The notes: generated by a model not told the origin, from the sequence alone. A stretch of DNA of 64,000 bases from Eledone cirrhosa (GCA_964016885.1 OZ024747.1:54312001-54376000), one strand, 5' to 3'; numbered from the stretch's first letter, positions 15,160 through 30,407 are shown. A program made the numbers and translations.

Positions 15160-16259
15160 TCTCTCTCGCTCCCTTACACACAGACACACTCATACATATA
15201 TATGTGCGTATTTATTAAGATATATACGAACACATACACATACACACACAATATATAATAAAACTGTCTTACTGATGTTCTGCCATCTTTGTGTTTTGTA
15301 ATTGTATGTGTGTGTGTGCGTGTGTGTATGTGTGTATGTGTCATCCTAGCTCCCAAAAACAAATGAGAACATCATATATAGTAAGGCTTAATATACAGCC
15401 AGCGTTCATAAATAATACAGACATTTGTGATAATACAGATAAAAAAGACAGATACACATATACACACACATACACACATATACACACACACAGATACACT
15501 CATACACACGCGTACACACATACACACATATAAACATTCACATACCTAACATAAACACACACATGCCTATGTCTATATACATATGAACATATATACAAAC
15601 CAATCGTCCCCGAAATGAGGAAAAAGGATAATGGGAAGTGAAACATCTCTTTCTCAATCTCTCACACTCTCTCTCTCTGTATATATACATATATATATGC
15701 GCGCGTGTGTGTGTGTATGTGTGTGTGTGTGTTTGTGTGCGTGTGTGTTTGCGTGTGTGCATAGGCACTATATGGGTGGAAGCACAACACTCTTTGTTTC
15801 AATAATTCCCAACAATAGTTACATTTGTCATGGCGGCTCGTCAATTTTTCTTAACACCAAACAAAGATTGTCTCATTAAAAGATTAAAACGATAAAGATG
15901 AGTTACCGCTTCCTATCTGTTACCGAAAGGGATTATGGGTAAGTAAATTTGCCATTTCAAGTGAACGGGGTTGAGGAGGGAATTATGTATATGTAAACGT
16001 AATGTCTGCTAGGGAGATACGGATAAGAGCATACGTTGAAAGGAAGGCTGTCAAATTTTAGATGTTTGGTGTAGGATTGGATTGGGAGGGCGTAGAAAAT
16101 AGTGGACAATGACTTTCGTTCGCGGAGGATTTAACTGGAACATCAATATATATATAGCATATATACATATTGCAATATCAATATATATATATTAAAATCC
16201 ATAACATATCTATGTATTCATCTATTTACACTGTTTTCTCTGTCTCTCATTCATTCCCC

Positions 16260-16370
<111 letters not shown>

Positions 16371-16664
16371 TATATACATATATATATGATTGGACAATAC
16401 ATGTGTCCCTATACGCTTTTTGCGTGTAGGGATATATACTTTATTATTATTATTAATCTCCTCTTGGTCGAGATAATATTAGGTCGTTTTGACTGCTGCT
16501 ATTTATAGTGGTAGTAGACTGACCTCCCCGCCTCTGCTTCTATCTTTACACACGGCACTGGAGAGAATTGCTTCCACATCATTCATTCTCATCTCGGGAA
16601 CAATTTTGAATAGCGCCAGTTCGTAATTTGAACTCGGGAATTTTATATTCTCCGAGTGAAAATA

Positions 16665-16751
16665 ACCTCCTGACGAGAGTTTATCTTTTCAATGGAAGGC
16701 CGCAAGGACTGTCCATTTATTTTTGAGACTCGAAACCGATTCGGTAAAGGT
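16665..16751 (+). ncRNA. Type-I hammerhead ribozyme with extended stem II
   Basis: ACCTC-CTGACGA-GAGTTT..AATGGA..TCCATT..AGACTC-GAAA-CCGATTCG-GTA-AAGGT; element ends in (TA)n at about 16820. Confidence 0.8.
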
Positions 16752-16819
16752 AGCCATAGTGAGTACATGAATTTTTTGAAATTTATTGTGAAACTTTTTC
16801 TTATTTGCTAAACCTTGAT

Positions 16820-16855
<36 letters not shown>

Positions 16856-16856
16856 C

Positions 16857-17450
<594 letters not shown>

Positions 17451-17492
17451 ATATATATATATATTGTTATAAAATAATGAACACACGAGTTG

Positions 17493-17538
<46 letters not shown>

Positions 17539-17541
<3 letters not shown>

Positions 17542-18410
17542 AATAGGGAGAAAAAGGCGATTATTATGAAGAAAAATATTTTTTTTTCCTTTATTTCTTT
17601 CTCTTTTTTCTGGGTTAGTAAATGTTTAAAACAAAATATTTTACTTTGTGTGAAGTTTTAAGGTATTAGTTAATTTATTTATTAATTAACAATAGCATTT
17701 ATTTATTTATTTATATATTTAATAATTTTCAATTACCGGTTTCAGCATTTTATGCATTATCAAAGGGGTGAATTTGTATTGGTATAAAATGTAGGAGAGA
17801 AGATAAGGTGATGTTGAATATGTGAAGAAAATGTGAAAAAAAGACTAATATTATTTACAAACAAGGTTTTTGAAGTAAAAATAAAAAAAAGGGGGGATGT
17901 GGAACATGGTGATGTAATGGGAAAGACTACCATTTGCCTCCATCATGGATCAACTAAGCGCTCTTGCCATAATAATACTTTTTGAACTGCTTATCTATGC
18001 CTGAAAATAATATTATTCATTCTTTCCATTACCTTATGTTCCACATCTCCCCTTTTTTTGTTTACTTCAAAAACCTTGTTTGTAAATGATATTATTCTTT
18101 GTTTCCCATTTCCTTAACATGTTCAACATCACATTATCTTCTCTCCTACATTTTATACCAATACAAATTCCCCCCCCCCCTTTGATAATGCATGCAATAC
18201 TGAAACCGGTAATTGACAATTATTAAATATATAAATAAATACGTAAACCAATGCTATTGCTAATTAATAAATAAATTAACTAATACCTTAACACTTCACA
18301 CAAAGTAAAATATTTTGTTTTAAACATTTTCTAATCCAGAAAGAAGAGAAAGAAATAAAGGAAGAAAGTATATATTTTTTCCTAATAATCGATTTTTCTC
18401 CCTATTTATA
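17539..18410. mobile_element. Large diverged fold-back element (about 380-bp arms) with a degenerate HHR in each arm
   Basis: 17539-17920 is the reverse complement of about 18027-18410; TTGATAA-TGCAT..-GAAACCGGTA at 18182-18211 (+) and about 17734-17763 (-). Confidence 0.8.
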
Positions 18411-18419
18411 CACACACAA

Positions 18420-18496
<77 letters not shown>

Positions 18497-18538
18497 CGAT
18501 ATTAATAAATGGAAACTATATTTATAAAACCATATTTA

Positions 18539-18602
18539 TTTCATTATACATATTTCAGGGATACCACATTAAATTATGGTATGCCTTCATCAGACAAAAT
18601 AC
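18539..18602 (-). ncRNA. Minimal hammerhead ribozyme, family B
   Basis: Minus strand: TATTTTGT-CTGATGA-AGGCATACCAT..GTGGTATCCCT-GAAA-TATGTA-TA-ATGAA; element 18497-18660 lies between (TA)n tracts. Confidence 0.78.
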
Positions 18603-18656
18603 AATATATAACAGTTTTACAAATAGGTTTGACGTACCCTTTAAAATACAACCATT

Positions 18657-18776
<120 letters not shown>

Positions 18777-18871
18777 TATATGTACATATATATATATATA
18801 TAATAGTAATGAACGAAAGATATATACTTTACCTCATCTCCATTTATTTCGTTATATATATATTTCGAAAG

Positions 18872-19058
18872 GGTGGTACATTGGCAGTATCGGTAGAGGG
18901 TCGGACGCCCCTTGCTTTGCAGCAAAGAGTTATGGCCATTTATGGTCTGAGTTCAAATCCCGCCGAAGTTAAATTTGCCTGTCATCCTTGCGGTGCCGAT
19001 AAAATAAGGTACCAATAATACACTGGGATAATTCCTAGCCAAAGTAGAAACAATTATA
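18872..19058 (+). mobile_element. tRNA-derived SINE
   Basis: TGGCAGTATCGG A-box, GAGTTCAAATCC B-box, core and gtagaaacaattat end. Confidence 0.82.
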
Positions 19059-19196
19059 TATATATTTCGAAGATGTAAAGTTTTATGTATAACATAAAAC
19101 AAATCATGTTCTCCTCAGACAAAATACATAGAAACTGTATAATTTTTCCCTAATATGCTGGTAGACAGATGATCTGGATAGATAGGTGGCCAACAG

Positions 19197-19324
<128 letters not shown>

Positions 19325-19331
19325 GTAATAT

Positions 19332-19490
19332 ATAGTAATAATCATAAATTTGAAGACTAAAATCGTAAGAACGTTTTTTGATATGTTTACTTCTGCGTTC
19401 ACAGATTGACATTTTTAGTTTCAGAAGATCCCGTTAAGGGTGAAAGCAGCGATTATTTGCTTAAACTTTAATCTGTTTTTTTTTTAAATA
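19332..19490. mobile_element. Family C PLE end with degenerate HHR
   Basis: CAGAAGA-TCCC-GTTAA-GGGT-GAAAGC at 19422-19447; left end is the inverted family C 3' tip. Confidence 0.6.
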
Positions 19491-19529
19491 TGTATATATA
19501 TATATATTATAAAGAAGCAGAGCCTCATA

Positions 19530-19582
<53 letters not shown>

Positions 19583-19711
19583 TACATAATAAACAGCACA
19601 ATATATTTGTTCCATCACCAATTATATTGTATAGTTTATTTTGTAATTAAATAGCTCTGAACTCTACATAGAGCACTCTTCTTTCCTTTACCTTTTCTAC
19701 GGAATTCTTAA

Positions 19712-19821
<110 letters not shown>

Positions 19822-21106
19822 GAGAGAGAGAGAGAGAGAGAATGTAGAGAAGTGATACACGAGTTAATATATATACAAAATAGTAAAACAAGAAAAAAAA
19901 AAACAGTAGAAATTGCTGAAGAGATTTTCTCTCAGAATAACATCAAAATAGGAATTTACGCATTATTTGTACCGGATTCAGCTTATATTCCTTTTTTTAC
20001 ACGACGGAAGTGTATAATGCAGTTAAATTGTATATTAATAAAAACAATAAGAATTTGGGGAAAATTGTTTTTACATACATATATAGGGAGAAAAGTTCAC
20101 ACTTTTGTCTGTAGTATTCTTTCTTTCTCCCAGTGCTGACCTTAGCCGTGTCACAATCAGTCATTTTCTACTATCCTTTTTTTTTTTTACTATTTTATAT
20201 ATATGTATATATATATATATATATATATAAATATTAATATATATATGTGTGTGTGTGTGTGTCTGTGTGAGTGTGTTTGTGTGTGTGTGCCTATGTGTGT
20301 GAGCGGTTGTGACTGTGTGTATTATCTACATATCTCTATATATTATTTTTTCTATTGATATAGTTGTTTCTTTCAAGTTTTGGGGGTGCCCGGGTTTACT
20401 ACATTCGTGATTGTTGTCCTTGTTTGATTTCTCTACTATACGTTTCTCTTCCGTCTTTTATTCTTTACCAACTTCGTCCACATCCATTTAGTGCCATCAT
20501 CATTATCCTCATCTTGTCATTTATTATCTTTCATTTATCATAGGGATTTCTTCTTTGACGGCTTTAATAACCTGAGGATGTATTATCTCACTCATTCTTT
20601 CTCTCTCTCTCTCTCACTCCCCCTCTCTCTCATTATATATATATGTGGGGGGGGGATATACTATTAGCGGGAGTACCGGTTAGATTCCTGTTTGTCCACT
20701 TTTCTTCTAATTATATACACACACACGCACATATATACATATATATATATATATATATGTGTGTGTATGTCTTTATGTATATATATATATATAAACATAT
20801 ATGCGATAATGATCACAAATGACATGAAAATATTTACAAACAAAATATAACCCCTGAAAATATTGACAGCAAAGAATGGGTACGGATGAAATTGTAAAAT
20901 GTAGAATATAAGGGACAAAGACGGGAAAATAACAATATTAATAATAACAACAGAAACTATAACTATAACAACAAAAAAAAAAACACTAAACATATCACGT
21001 ATATATATATATATATTTATATGTCTGTATATATGATATGTATATATATATATATATATATATAAACATATATATACATATATATATATATATGTCTGTA
21101 TATATG

Positions 21107-21198
<92 letters not shown>

Positions 21199-21322
21199 AC
21201 ATATATATATATACATATATATATATACAAATATATATACATATATATATATGTATACACATATATATATATACATATAAATATACATATATATATACAT
21301 ATATATATATACATATATACAC

Positions 21323-21391
<69 letters not shown>

Positions 21392-21459
21392 CATATATAT
21401 ACATATATATATATATACATATATATACATATATATTTATATATATATATATACATATA

Positions 21460-21527
<68 letters not shown>

Positions 21528-21885
21528 CACACACACACATACATAGATACATCTATTCAAACAGTATTGTAAAAGTATGTAGAAAACTCAATAAATTGCG
21601 CAAAAACATATAACAGCTGAAAGTAGTAAAATAACAGATGAATAATTATAAGAAAAATATAAGAAAATCGAGAAAAAAAGCCTAAGAAAACACGCATGAA
21701 ATATGTTTTCCAAGTGCTGCAATCTGCGTAAAAGGTTGAAGGATAAAGAAAAAGGAACGACAACAACAATAACATTTATAAGATATAATGTTACTCTAGG
21801 TTTTGCTGGGGGTGAAGTGACTTGAAAATTTCACACCGTCGCACACATTAACGTGATATATATGTGTATACATGTGGAGGTGTAC

Positions 21886-21927
<42 letters not shown>

Positions 21928-21946
21928 TTGTGTGTGTGTGTGTGTG

Positions 21947-22046
<100 letters not shown>

Positions 22047-22067
22047 GTATGTACACATATATATATA

Positions 22068-22139
<72 letters not shown>

Positions 22140-22145
22140 TATATA

Positions 22146-22191
<46 letters not shown>

Positions 22192-22198
22192 GTATGTA

Positions 22199-22368
<170 letters not shown>

Positions 22369-22602
22369 ATATATGTATGTACTTATATATATATATATAT
22401 TATTATTTTTTTTATTATCGTTATTATTGTCATCATCTTTAGCCTTTATTCTTGTCCTAAGGGTCTGAAAAGTCTAGAAAATTCTCAGAGAAAAGTGAGA
22501 AAATCAAAATAACAATTAAAAAATAAGAAGAATGAAAAAAGAAACCGAGGATAACACACGCATACACAAACATATTCAGACACAGGCCTACACACCATAC
22601 AG

Positions 22603-22640
<38 letters not shown>

Positions 22641-22744
22641 ACACACACACACACATATGCATGAACTTAGGAAGAAAGAAAGAGAAAATGAAGAAATATA
22701 TGCCGAAAGCTGCTTACATTAATTTAGTGAATCGTCGTTAGTGG

Positions 22745-23700
22745 TTTAGGTGCTGGTGGTTGTTGTGGTGGTGGTGGTTATGATGTTGGTGTTGGTTGTC
22801 GTGGTGGTGGTTGTCGTGGTGGTGATAGTTGTGGTGGTGGTGGCGATGGTTGTGATGGTGGTGGTTGTGGTGGTGGTGTTGTTGATGGTTGTGTTGGTGG
22901 TGGTGGTTTTGGTGGTGGCTGTGGTGGTGGTTGTCGTTGTGGTGATGGTTGTGGTGGTGATGGTTGTGGTGGTAATGGTTGTGTAGATGATTGTGGTGGT
23001 GGTGGTTGAGTTGGTGATGGTTGGGTTGGTGATGGTTGGGTTGGTGATGGTTGTGGCGCTGATGATTGTAGTGGTCATGATTATGTGGGTGATGGTTGTG
23101 GTGGTAGTGGTGATGTTCGTAGTTTTGGTTGTGTGGTCGTGTTGTTGTTGTTGGTGATGGTAGGGTGGTGGTGGTTGTAGTTTTGTTGGTGGTGATGGTG
23201 ATGATTTGTTGAGATGGTGATGTTGTCGTGTTGTTGTTGGTGGTGGTGTTGGTGGTGGTGGTATTGTCGTGCCGGTGTGGTCATGTCGGTGTAGACGTGG
23301 TGATGATACTGGTGTAATGGTTGTGTTGGTGTTGTTGGTGGTGATGGTGGTGGTGTTCTCGCCGTTTTGGTGATTGTGGTGGAGGTGATGGTTGTGTTGG
23401 TTGCGATGGTGGTGGTGGTGAGGTGGTGTTCGTGATGCTGGTGTAGTGGTTGTGTTGATGGTGGTTGTGCTGGTGGTGATGTGTTCGTGTTGTTGTTGTT
23501 GTGTTTGATGGTGGTGATGGTGGTGAAGGTGGTGAAGTGGCTACGTTTGTGTGGGGAGGTAGGTGTGTTTTTAGTGGAGTTGAGGCAGTTAATTTATATG
23601 CATGTGTTTGGTCAGGTAGCAGTGGTTGTCGCGACAATTGGGGTGGGTTATTGTAAGATGGAGTTTAGTGGGGATGGCTGTAGTCGTGATGATTAGGTTG
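22745..23700. repeat. Degenerate (GGT/GAT/GTT)n triplet low-complexity tract
   Basis: Direct reading. Confidence 0.9.
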
Positions 23701-23894
23701 GGTTGGTTTAAGGTGGAGGGTGGTAGGGGTGTGGCGTGTGGCAGATTGGGGAATTAGGTTCAACAACAATAACAGTGAAAATAAAATAAAATATTAAACT
23801 GCAAAAGCTCAGCAGTGCTCCAGTTTAGGGGCGAGTTTCCTTTCCTCTTACGTTCTAGAAACTAGGTCAAATATACATACATACACACACAAAC

Positions 23895-23983
<89 letters not shown>

Positions 23984-24252
23984 TGCATATGTTTGTGTAA
24001 TTGAGTATATGGTGTGTGAGATGTAGCGTCCGAATTGCAAACGAATTCGCTTTCTTCCTCCACCTAATGACACTAATGACACAAATAGACACCTTAAGGT
24101 ATATATGTGACAGTACGTATTCACACATATATGCTTGAGCACAGGCGTTGTCAACCTCACACACACATATACATACACAGACGCACATCACTTTCACAAC
24201 TATTTTATCGAGAATTTAAACGTGACAAAAATACACGAGCACACGTTCCCAG

Positions 24253-24302
<50 letters not shown>

Positions 24303-25399
24303 ATATATATATTTATATATATGTGTGTGTCTATGTATGTGTGTGCGCGTCTGTGTGTGTGTGGGTATGTGTGTGTGTGTGTGTGTGTGAATATATATAT
24401 ATTTATATATATATATATATATATATATAAATACATTTCGATATATGTATGTATGCACATATATTCATATTCATCCTTTACCTGTTGGTATTTTTCGTTA
24501 TAGTTATATACCTTGGCTACTTACATCTAGTTGATATATTCGTATGTCACCCCTATATACCTTTGCTTTACTTTTGGTCAAGACATTGATTAACTTTTCG
24601 TACCATTGAGTGTTTTGTGACTGCTTCAAATAATTCGATTGATATCTACCCTATTTCAGTTTCAGGATTTTTGCTTCACCGTTAAAGACAGATATTGATC
24701 CTTACTGGCTCAATAAATAAGCGACATTCAAATGTAAGCTGATTGTATACAATCGTTACAAAGGTGTCGTATACCATGAGGTAATCCCCTTTTTTCTTGA
24801 ATCTTCACAGAAACCTAATGTATAATGTATTAACAAATGAGAAATATCATTATCAACTTTATTTTAAAATATTAAGATAAATATCTGAAGAAATACATTA
24901 GAAAGGCAACGTAAAATAGAAATCAACGAAAGCCCTCCACAGCTTGCATTTTGTGCGACAGAAATTAATATAATGTTACGTCGACTGTCGGAATTAAAAC
25001 AAGCACCATTTCATGTTTTACATATTAGATTAGGAGTATATTATACCAGATGAAAGGTAATTGGTCGCGGCCATAAACAGTAGCTGTATTGTTAATAAAT
25101 AAGATACGGTAGACGATAATTAAGATGTGTATGTCAAGGTAACTGCAAACGCATGTAAAATTAGACTATTCATCATTACTATTCCTTTAATCAAGGAAAA
25201 GCATCGCTGCGACACGTTCAATAGTAAATTTTGTTTTAAATGTTACTCGTGAAAGCAATCGTGCATACGTGAAATATTTTGGTAACGGAATATATATCAC
25301 GACCACAGTTACAAGGTGTAAGGGAGGGAAATGTTTGAACATGAAACATGCTATGCGGAAAATGAAGCGGGGGATGGTTGTGATGACCTCTATCACTGA

Positions 25400-25988
25400 A
25401 AAACGCGGGTGACTGACTAAGGGGCATGCTGGGGGAGGGAGTTTCGAATTTCAACGAAATCGGTTGAAAAATGTGGGAGCTAGAGCCGTAAAGGCGGAAA
25501 TTTGAGCGAAAATGTGGTATTTTCGAATATTTAAGTGGCTGCCACGCCGTTCCTGAACAAAACATCCTAAATGTAAAGTCACTTTAAGACGTGAAATAAT
25601 CAGATCTAGCGTATTGTAACATTTGAACCAAGTAGGTTGATTAATGTGGGATCTAAAACCGAAAAATTGCAATTTTGAGTCTAAAAGTGGTATTTTTGAA
25701 TATTTAAGCGGCTGCCACGCCATTCCTGAACAACAAATACAAAATATAAAGCCGTTACATATTATTTTTCGATACCTAAAAAAAGGTTATCCCCTATCGA
25801 TTTTTATCTGCAGAATGACCCCGGAATAAAAAACGACATGCTGATATATAGAAAACACTCCCCGATGACTAATCTATGAGCCTGTAAAGGTTCATGAAAG
25901 TCGGTCGTAAGATGTAGACCCCTATAGGTAATACACAGACACACAGACACACATACACACACATACTTAATTTTATATATATACAGAT
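25400..25988 (-). mobile_element. Helentron/DINE-like non-autonomous rolling-circle element (left boundary uncertain)
   Basis: Minus-strand start ATCTGTATATATATAAAA followed by (TGTC/TG)n; internal subrepeats about 173 bp apart (25514-25560 vs 25687-25733) with aaatcggttgaaaaatgtg-type motifs. Confidence 0.5.
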
Positions 25989-26324
25989 TACTTAATGTCT
26001 GTCAGATTGTGTGGTCGACAAATTTCCAATAACGGTATAACGCATTATACGATTCATAAATAATACTGTATGATTTGAATGCAGTGATCTAACATATTCA
26101 TTAGAGCCTCAGATTAAATAATTGTGGTATTTGTACCGGCTGTTTACTGGCTCGGATTTCATATTCCGACAGGATCACTTTCGCACTTCAGACATTCGAG
26201 GGTGATAGGTAAAATATCAAAAGGAGCATTCTTTATAAGCGGAATTGTTAAAGCGTTAGAAACTATTGTCAATATATGCATTCAAAGTTCATACTCATCA
26301 ATTTGTCAGTAAAAAAATTGGTAA

Positions 26325-26396
<72 letters not shown>

Positions 26397-26753
26397 TGTA
26401 CCGATTGTGTTGTTATTTCTGTTTACCTTTTAAATACATACATATATATATATAATAAATTTGAAAAAATGATCGCTCTACATGGCTGAATAAAATAAAT
26501 GTAATCTGAGTTTATATTTATCGGATTCGGCCATGTAGAGTGATATTTATTTACTTATTTTATTTATTTATTTATTTTATTTATTTGAATTTGGCAAAGC
26601 CAGCCATTAATCGCTCGAAAACAGGCGTCTGACTGGCTTGTCTGCTGATATGCAAATCTGGCTGATCAGTGGATCTTCTAATATGCAGATTAAAGTTTAA
26701 GCAAATAATCGCTTTCACCCTTAACGGATTTTAGTCTTCACATTTATTATTAC

Positions 26754-26841
<88 letters not shown>

Positions 26842-27505
26842 CATATAGATAGATGGATAGAGTTCTGAGGATACAAGTAATCATCCCCCCTCGCTCTCTC
26901 TCTCTTTCTCTCTCTCTCTCTATATATATATATACCCGCATGTGCCTGTGTTTTATAGAAATGGTCCCTCTACCAAGAGGAGTGATCCTATGTATAAGAC
27001 AATGTTGTTCTATATATGTGTGAGGAGAGGGATTTTATCTTTACTTCATTGCCTCGCTTTAGCAATAAGAAACGTTTTGAAAATCCAACGTTACGAGACA
27101 TGGCTTTCACATCGAATAAGTAGAAAACATATTGAACTTCAACTACACCAAGAAGAAGAAGAAGAACAAAAATAATGTAAATAACGAAAGACCATGATAT
27201 CTACCTGCAAGGCATTTGGACATATTGGCTTCTTTCAGACATATTGTTCAGTCTAGTGGAAAACAAACAAACGAGATACAAAGAAAAATAAATAAACAGT
27301 TGATTTCATAAGTTTAAGGCGAACAAAAAATGAAATTAAACTATGTAAAATGTGATGTCCCCTTCGTTGTAAACACACAAACTCACACACACTTTCATAT
27401 ATGCACAGAAGCATTCATCTGTACCTGCATGCAGAGACACGTTTTCATACACACATATTGGAATATATAAAATATATATATGTGTGTATGTGAACTGAAT
27501 ATGCG

Positions 27506-27577
<72 letters not shown>

Positions 27578-27580
<3 letters not shown>

Positions 27581-27737
27581 CGAAGGAAATGTGGTAAGGA
27601 ACCAGGTGGACCATAACGCACCAAAGTACTCAATACTTAGGGTAGTAGAGTGGGTAATATGAACGAGTAGGACCCCGACGGCTGAGCTCAAGCCGTCTCG
27701 ACGGCTTGAGCTCAGCCGTCGGGGTCCTACTCGTTCC

Positions 27738-27740
<3 letters not shown>
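27578..27740. mobile_element. Fold-back PLE 3'-end insertion, family A copy 2
   Basis: Hairpin ..ctcaagccgtc-tc-gacggcttgag..; near-identical to 1501-1714 but with a different centre; (TA)n flanks. Confidence 0.85.
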
Positions 27741-27783
<43 letters not shown>

Positions 27784-28126
27784 CGTTTATGTATATATAC
27801 ACATATTATATATATATATGGACATGTGTATGTGCATTTATGTATATATAAAAATATATATGTATATATATGTGGGGGGGGGGGGGTAAATATGGAAGTA
27901 GCTCAGAAATGATACGTGTAACGTTGAACCTGAAATGCAGTCTTTATGAAATAATATGAGAAAAGAAAAAGGAAAACAAAGATCTCTTCTTCGAAAGTCA
28001 TATGACGGGCAAGTCAAGAGAGAAGCGGTAGGGGAGATAAGTCCGGACTCCGTAAATGTACTCATAAACTCATAAAACATACGCCCATGTGTATGATATA
28101 TGTATGCTTTTAAATATATATACATA

Positions 28127-28213
<87 letters not shown>

Positions 28214-28445
28214 ATATAGACACTGTATATGAAAGGTATATTATGGTGTGCCGTGTATGTTGCTGAGACTTAAGCGTTGGACATTGTAACAAATAATGTT
28301 ATGTTTGATGAGGATATGATGCGGTCTGAGAGCAGACCACGGCTTGAGGATTAATTCATTTACAACCGCAATATAAACATTCCGCTGTGTATGTATGTAT
28401 GTATATATGCTTCATACATACATTCATACGTAGGTGTATGTATGT

Positions 28446-28519
<74 letters not shown>

Positions 28520-28522
<3 letters not shown>

Positions 28523-28932
28523 AGGCAGATGCATTAAAAATATCTTTGTTGGCGGAGAGGCCAGATATTCTAATAGAGATGCTTTTTACTAGGTTATCAG
28601 TGATGTTTTGGGGGGTGGTTTGAATTAACATTAATATATTTAAGGGACTCGTTAGGTTTGTGGTACGGGTAATAGAGGGAAGTATCTAGGTCGAGAGTGA
28701 CATCTAAGAAGTTGGCCCTAGTCAAATTAGAATCTATAGTTATACTAAATCCTAGATTAGAGAAGAAAGAGCTTAAGTTTTTCCGAAACCCATCGGTGGT
28801 TCTGGGGCTAACGTTATGCAGGGCGAAGAGGCCGTCGTCTCGGTATAAACCTCCAGTTAGGCCGGTAAAGAGGTTCTTCAGGTTATGTAGGATGTACAGG
28901 CCCACAAGATCGCTAATTTCAGCCGAGTCGCT
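28520..28932 (-). mobile_element. Inverted partial copy of the adjacent PLE RT
   Basis: Reverse complement of about 29857-30269 with about 5 differences; ends at ..gcctccTA into (TA)n. Confidence 0.93.
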
Positions 28933-30330
28933 TCCTTGAAGAACATCCCTATCCCTCCAAGGAAACTATACTTAAAAACACTCATCAGACGTACCGACGA
29001 GTTCATCAAGCGAATTAGATGGAGGGCCTTCTTCCTCGACAACCCTGATGTAGCATCTACCAATGATGAGAAGTTCGGCTTCAAAACGAATAAGACACCA
29101 CCCACCAACAGCCTACTCCAACCATTTGAAGAAGACCTCTTCAAGATGATCAAGGATATTAAATTCCGTAGAGCCACCACACCATTCCAGGCCTACTTAA
29201 ATGCCGAATTACGGAAAATAAAAAAATCCCCTAATCTTTATGTCTCCTCCGATAAAACCAAAAACGTTTATGAGGTAGACCCACAGACCTACAATAAGCT
29301 GGCAAAAAATACCATCACGACCACCTACAAAAAGGTAATAGAGAGGGCGCTGACTGAGACAAACGCGGCCGGAAAAGAAATCGCCAAGTCCCTTAATTTA
29401 CATGACCGAACCGAACCTTTAAGGGTAAAGACCCCGCACTTTACCCTGAAGGACCATAAGGGAAATTTCCTCAACAAACCATCAGTCAGACTTATCAACC
29501 CCACTCGTTCTGACATCGGCTCTATCAGTAAGAAGATCCTGGATAGAGTTCTACCATCATTGCGGGCAGCCTCACCACTTCCACTCTGGAGTAGAACATC
29601 TGAGGCAATATCATGGTTCCAAGAATTACCCGATAAACACCACACTCGCTTCCTGCAACTCGACATAGAAAACTACTATGCCTCTATCTCGGAGCCCCTC
29701 CTGAAGGACGCAATTAACTTTGCCAGGAATTTTACCACCATTACCGATGCTGAGCAAGTTATTATCCTCCACGCTCGTAAGACCTTTCTATACCACGATG
29801 GATCTTACTGGATCAACAAGAAATCTCAGACCCCATTTGACGTTAGCATGGGGGCGAGCGACTCGGCTGAAATTAGCGATCTTGTGGGCCTGTACATCCT
29901 ACATAACCTGAAGAACTTCTTTACCGGCCTAACTGGAGGTTTATACCGAGACGACGGCCTCTTCGCCCTGCATAAGGTTAGCCCCAGAACCACCGATGGG
30001 TTTCGGAAAAACTTAAGCTCTTTCTTCTCTAATCTAGGATTTAGTATAACTATAGATTCTAATTTGACTAGGGCCAACTTCTTAGAAGTCACTCTCGACC
30101 TAGATACTTCCCTCTATTACCCGTACCACAAACCTAACGAGTCCCTTAAATATATTAATGTTAATTCAAACCACCCCCAAAACATCACTGATAACCTAGT
30201 AAAAAGCGTCTCTATTAGAATATCTGGCCTCTCCGCCAACAAAGATATTTTTAATGCATCTGCCTCCTACTACAATGACGCCCTAGCCCGTAGCGGATTT
30301 AAAGATAAGATAACTTACCTAGAAACCACC

Positions 30331-30332
<2 letters not shown>
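28933..30332 (+). mobile_element. Penelope-like element RT ORF (YRDD type), truncated at both ends
   Basis: About 465 open codons with KNIPIP, TLKDHK, RLINP, LDIENYYASI, MGASDSAEISDLVG, GLYRDDGL, NFLEVTLDL, SNHP; no GIY-YIG; runs into (TA)n. Confidence 0.92.
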
Positions 30333-30407
<75 letters not shown>

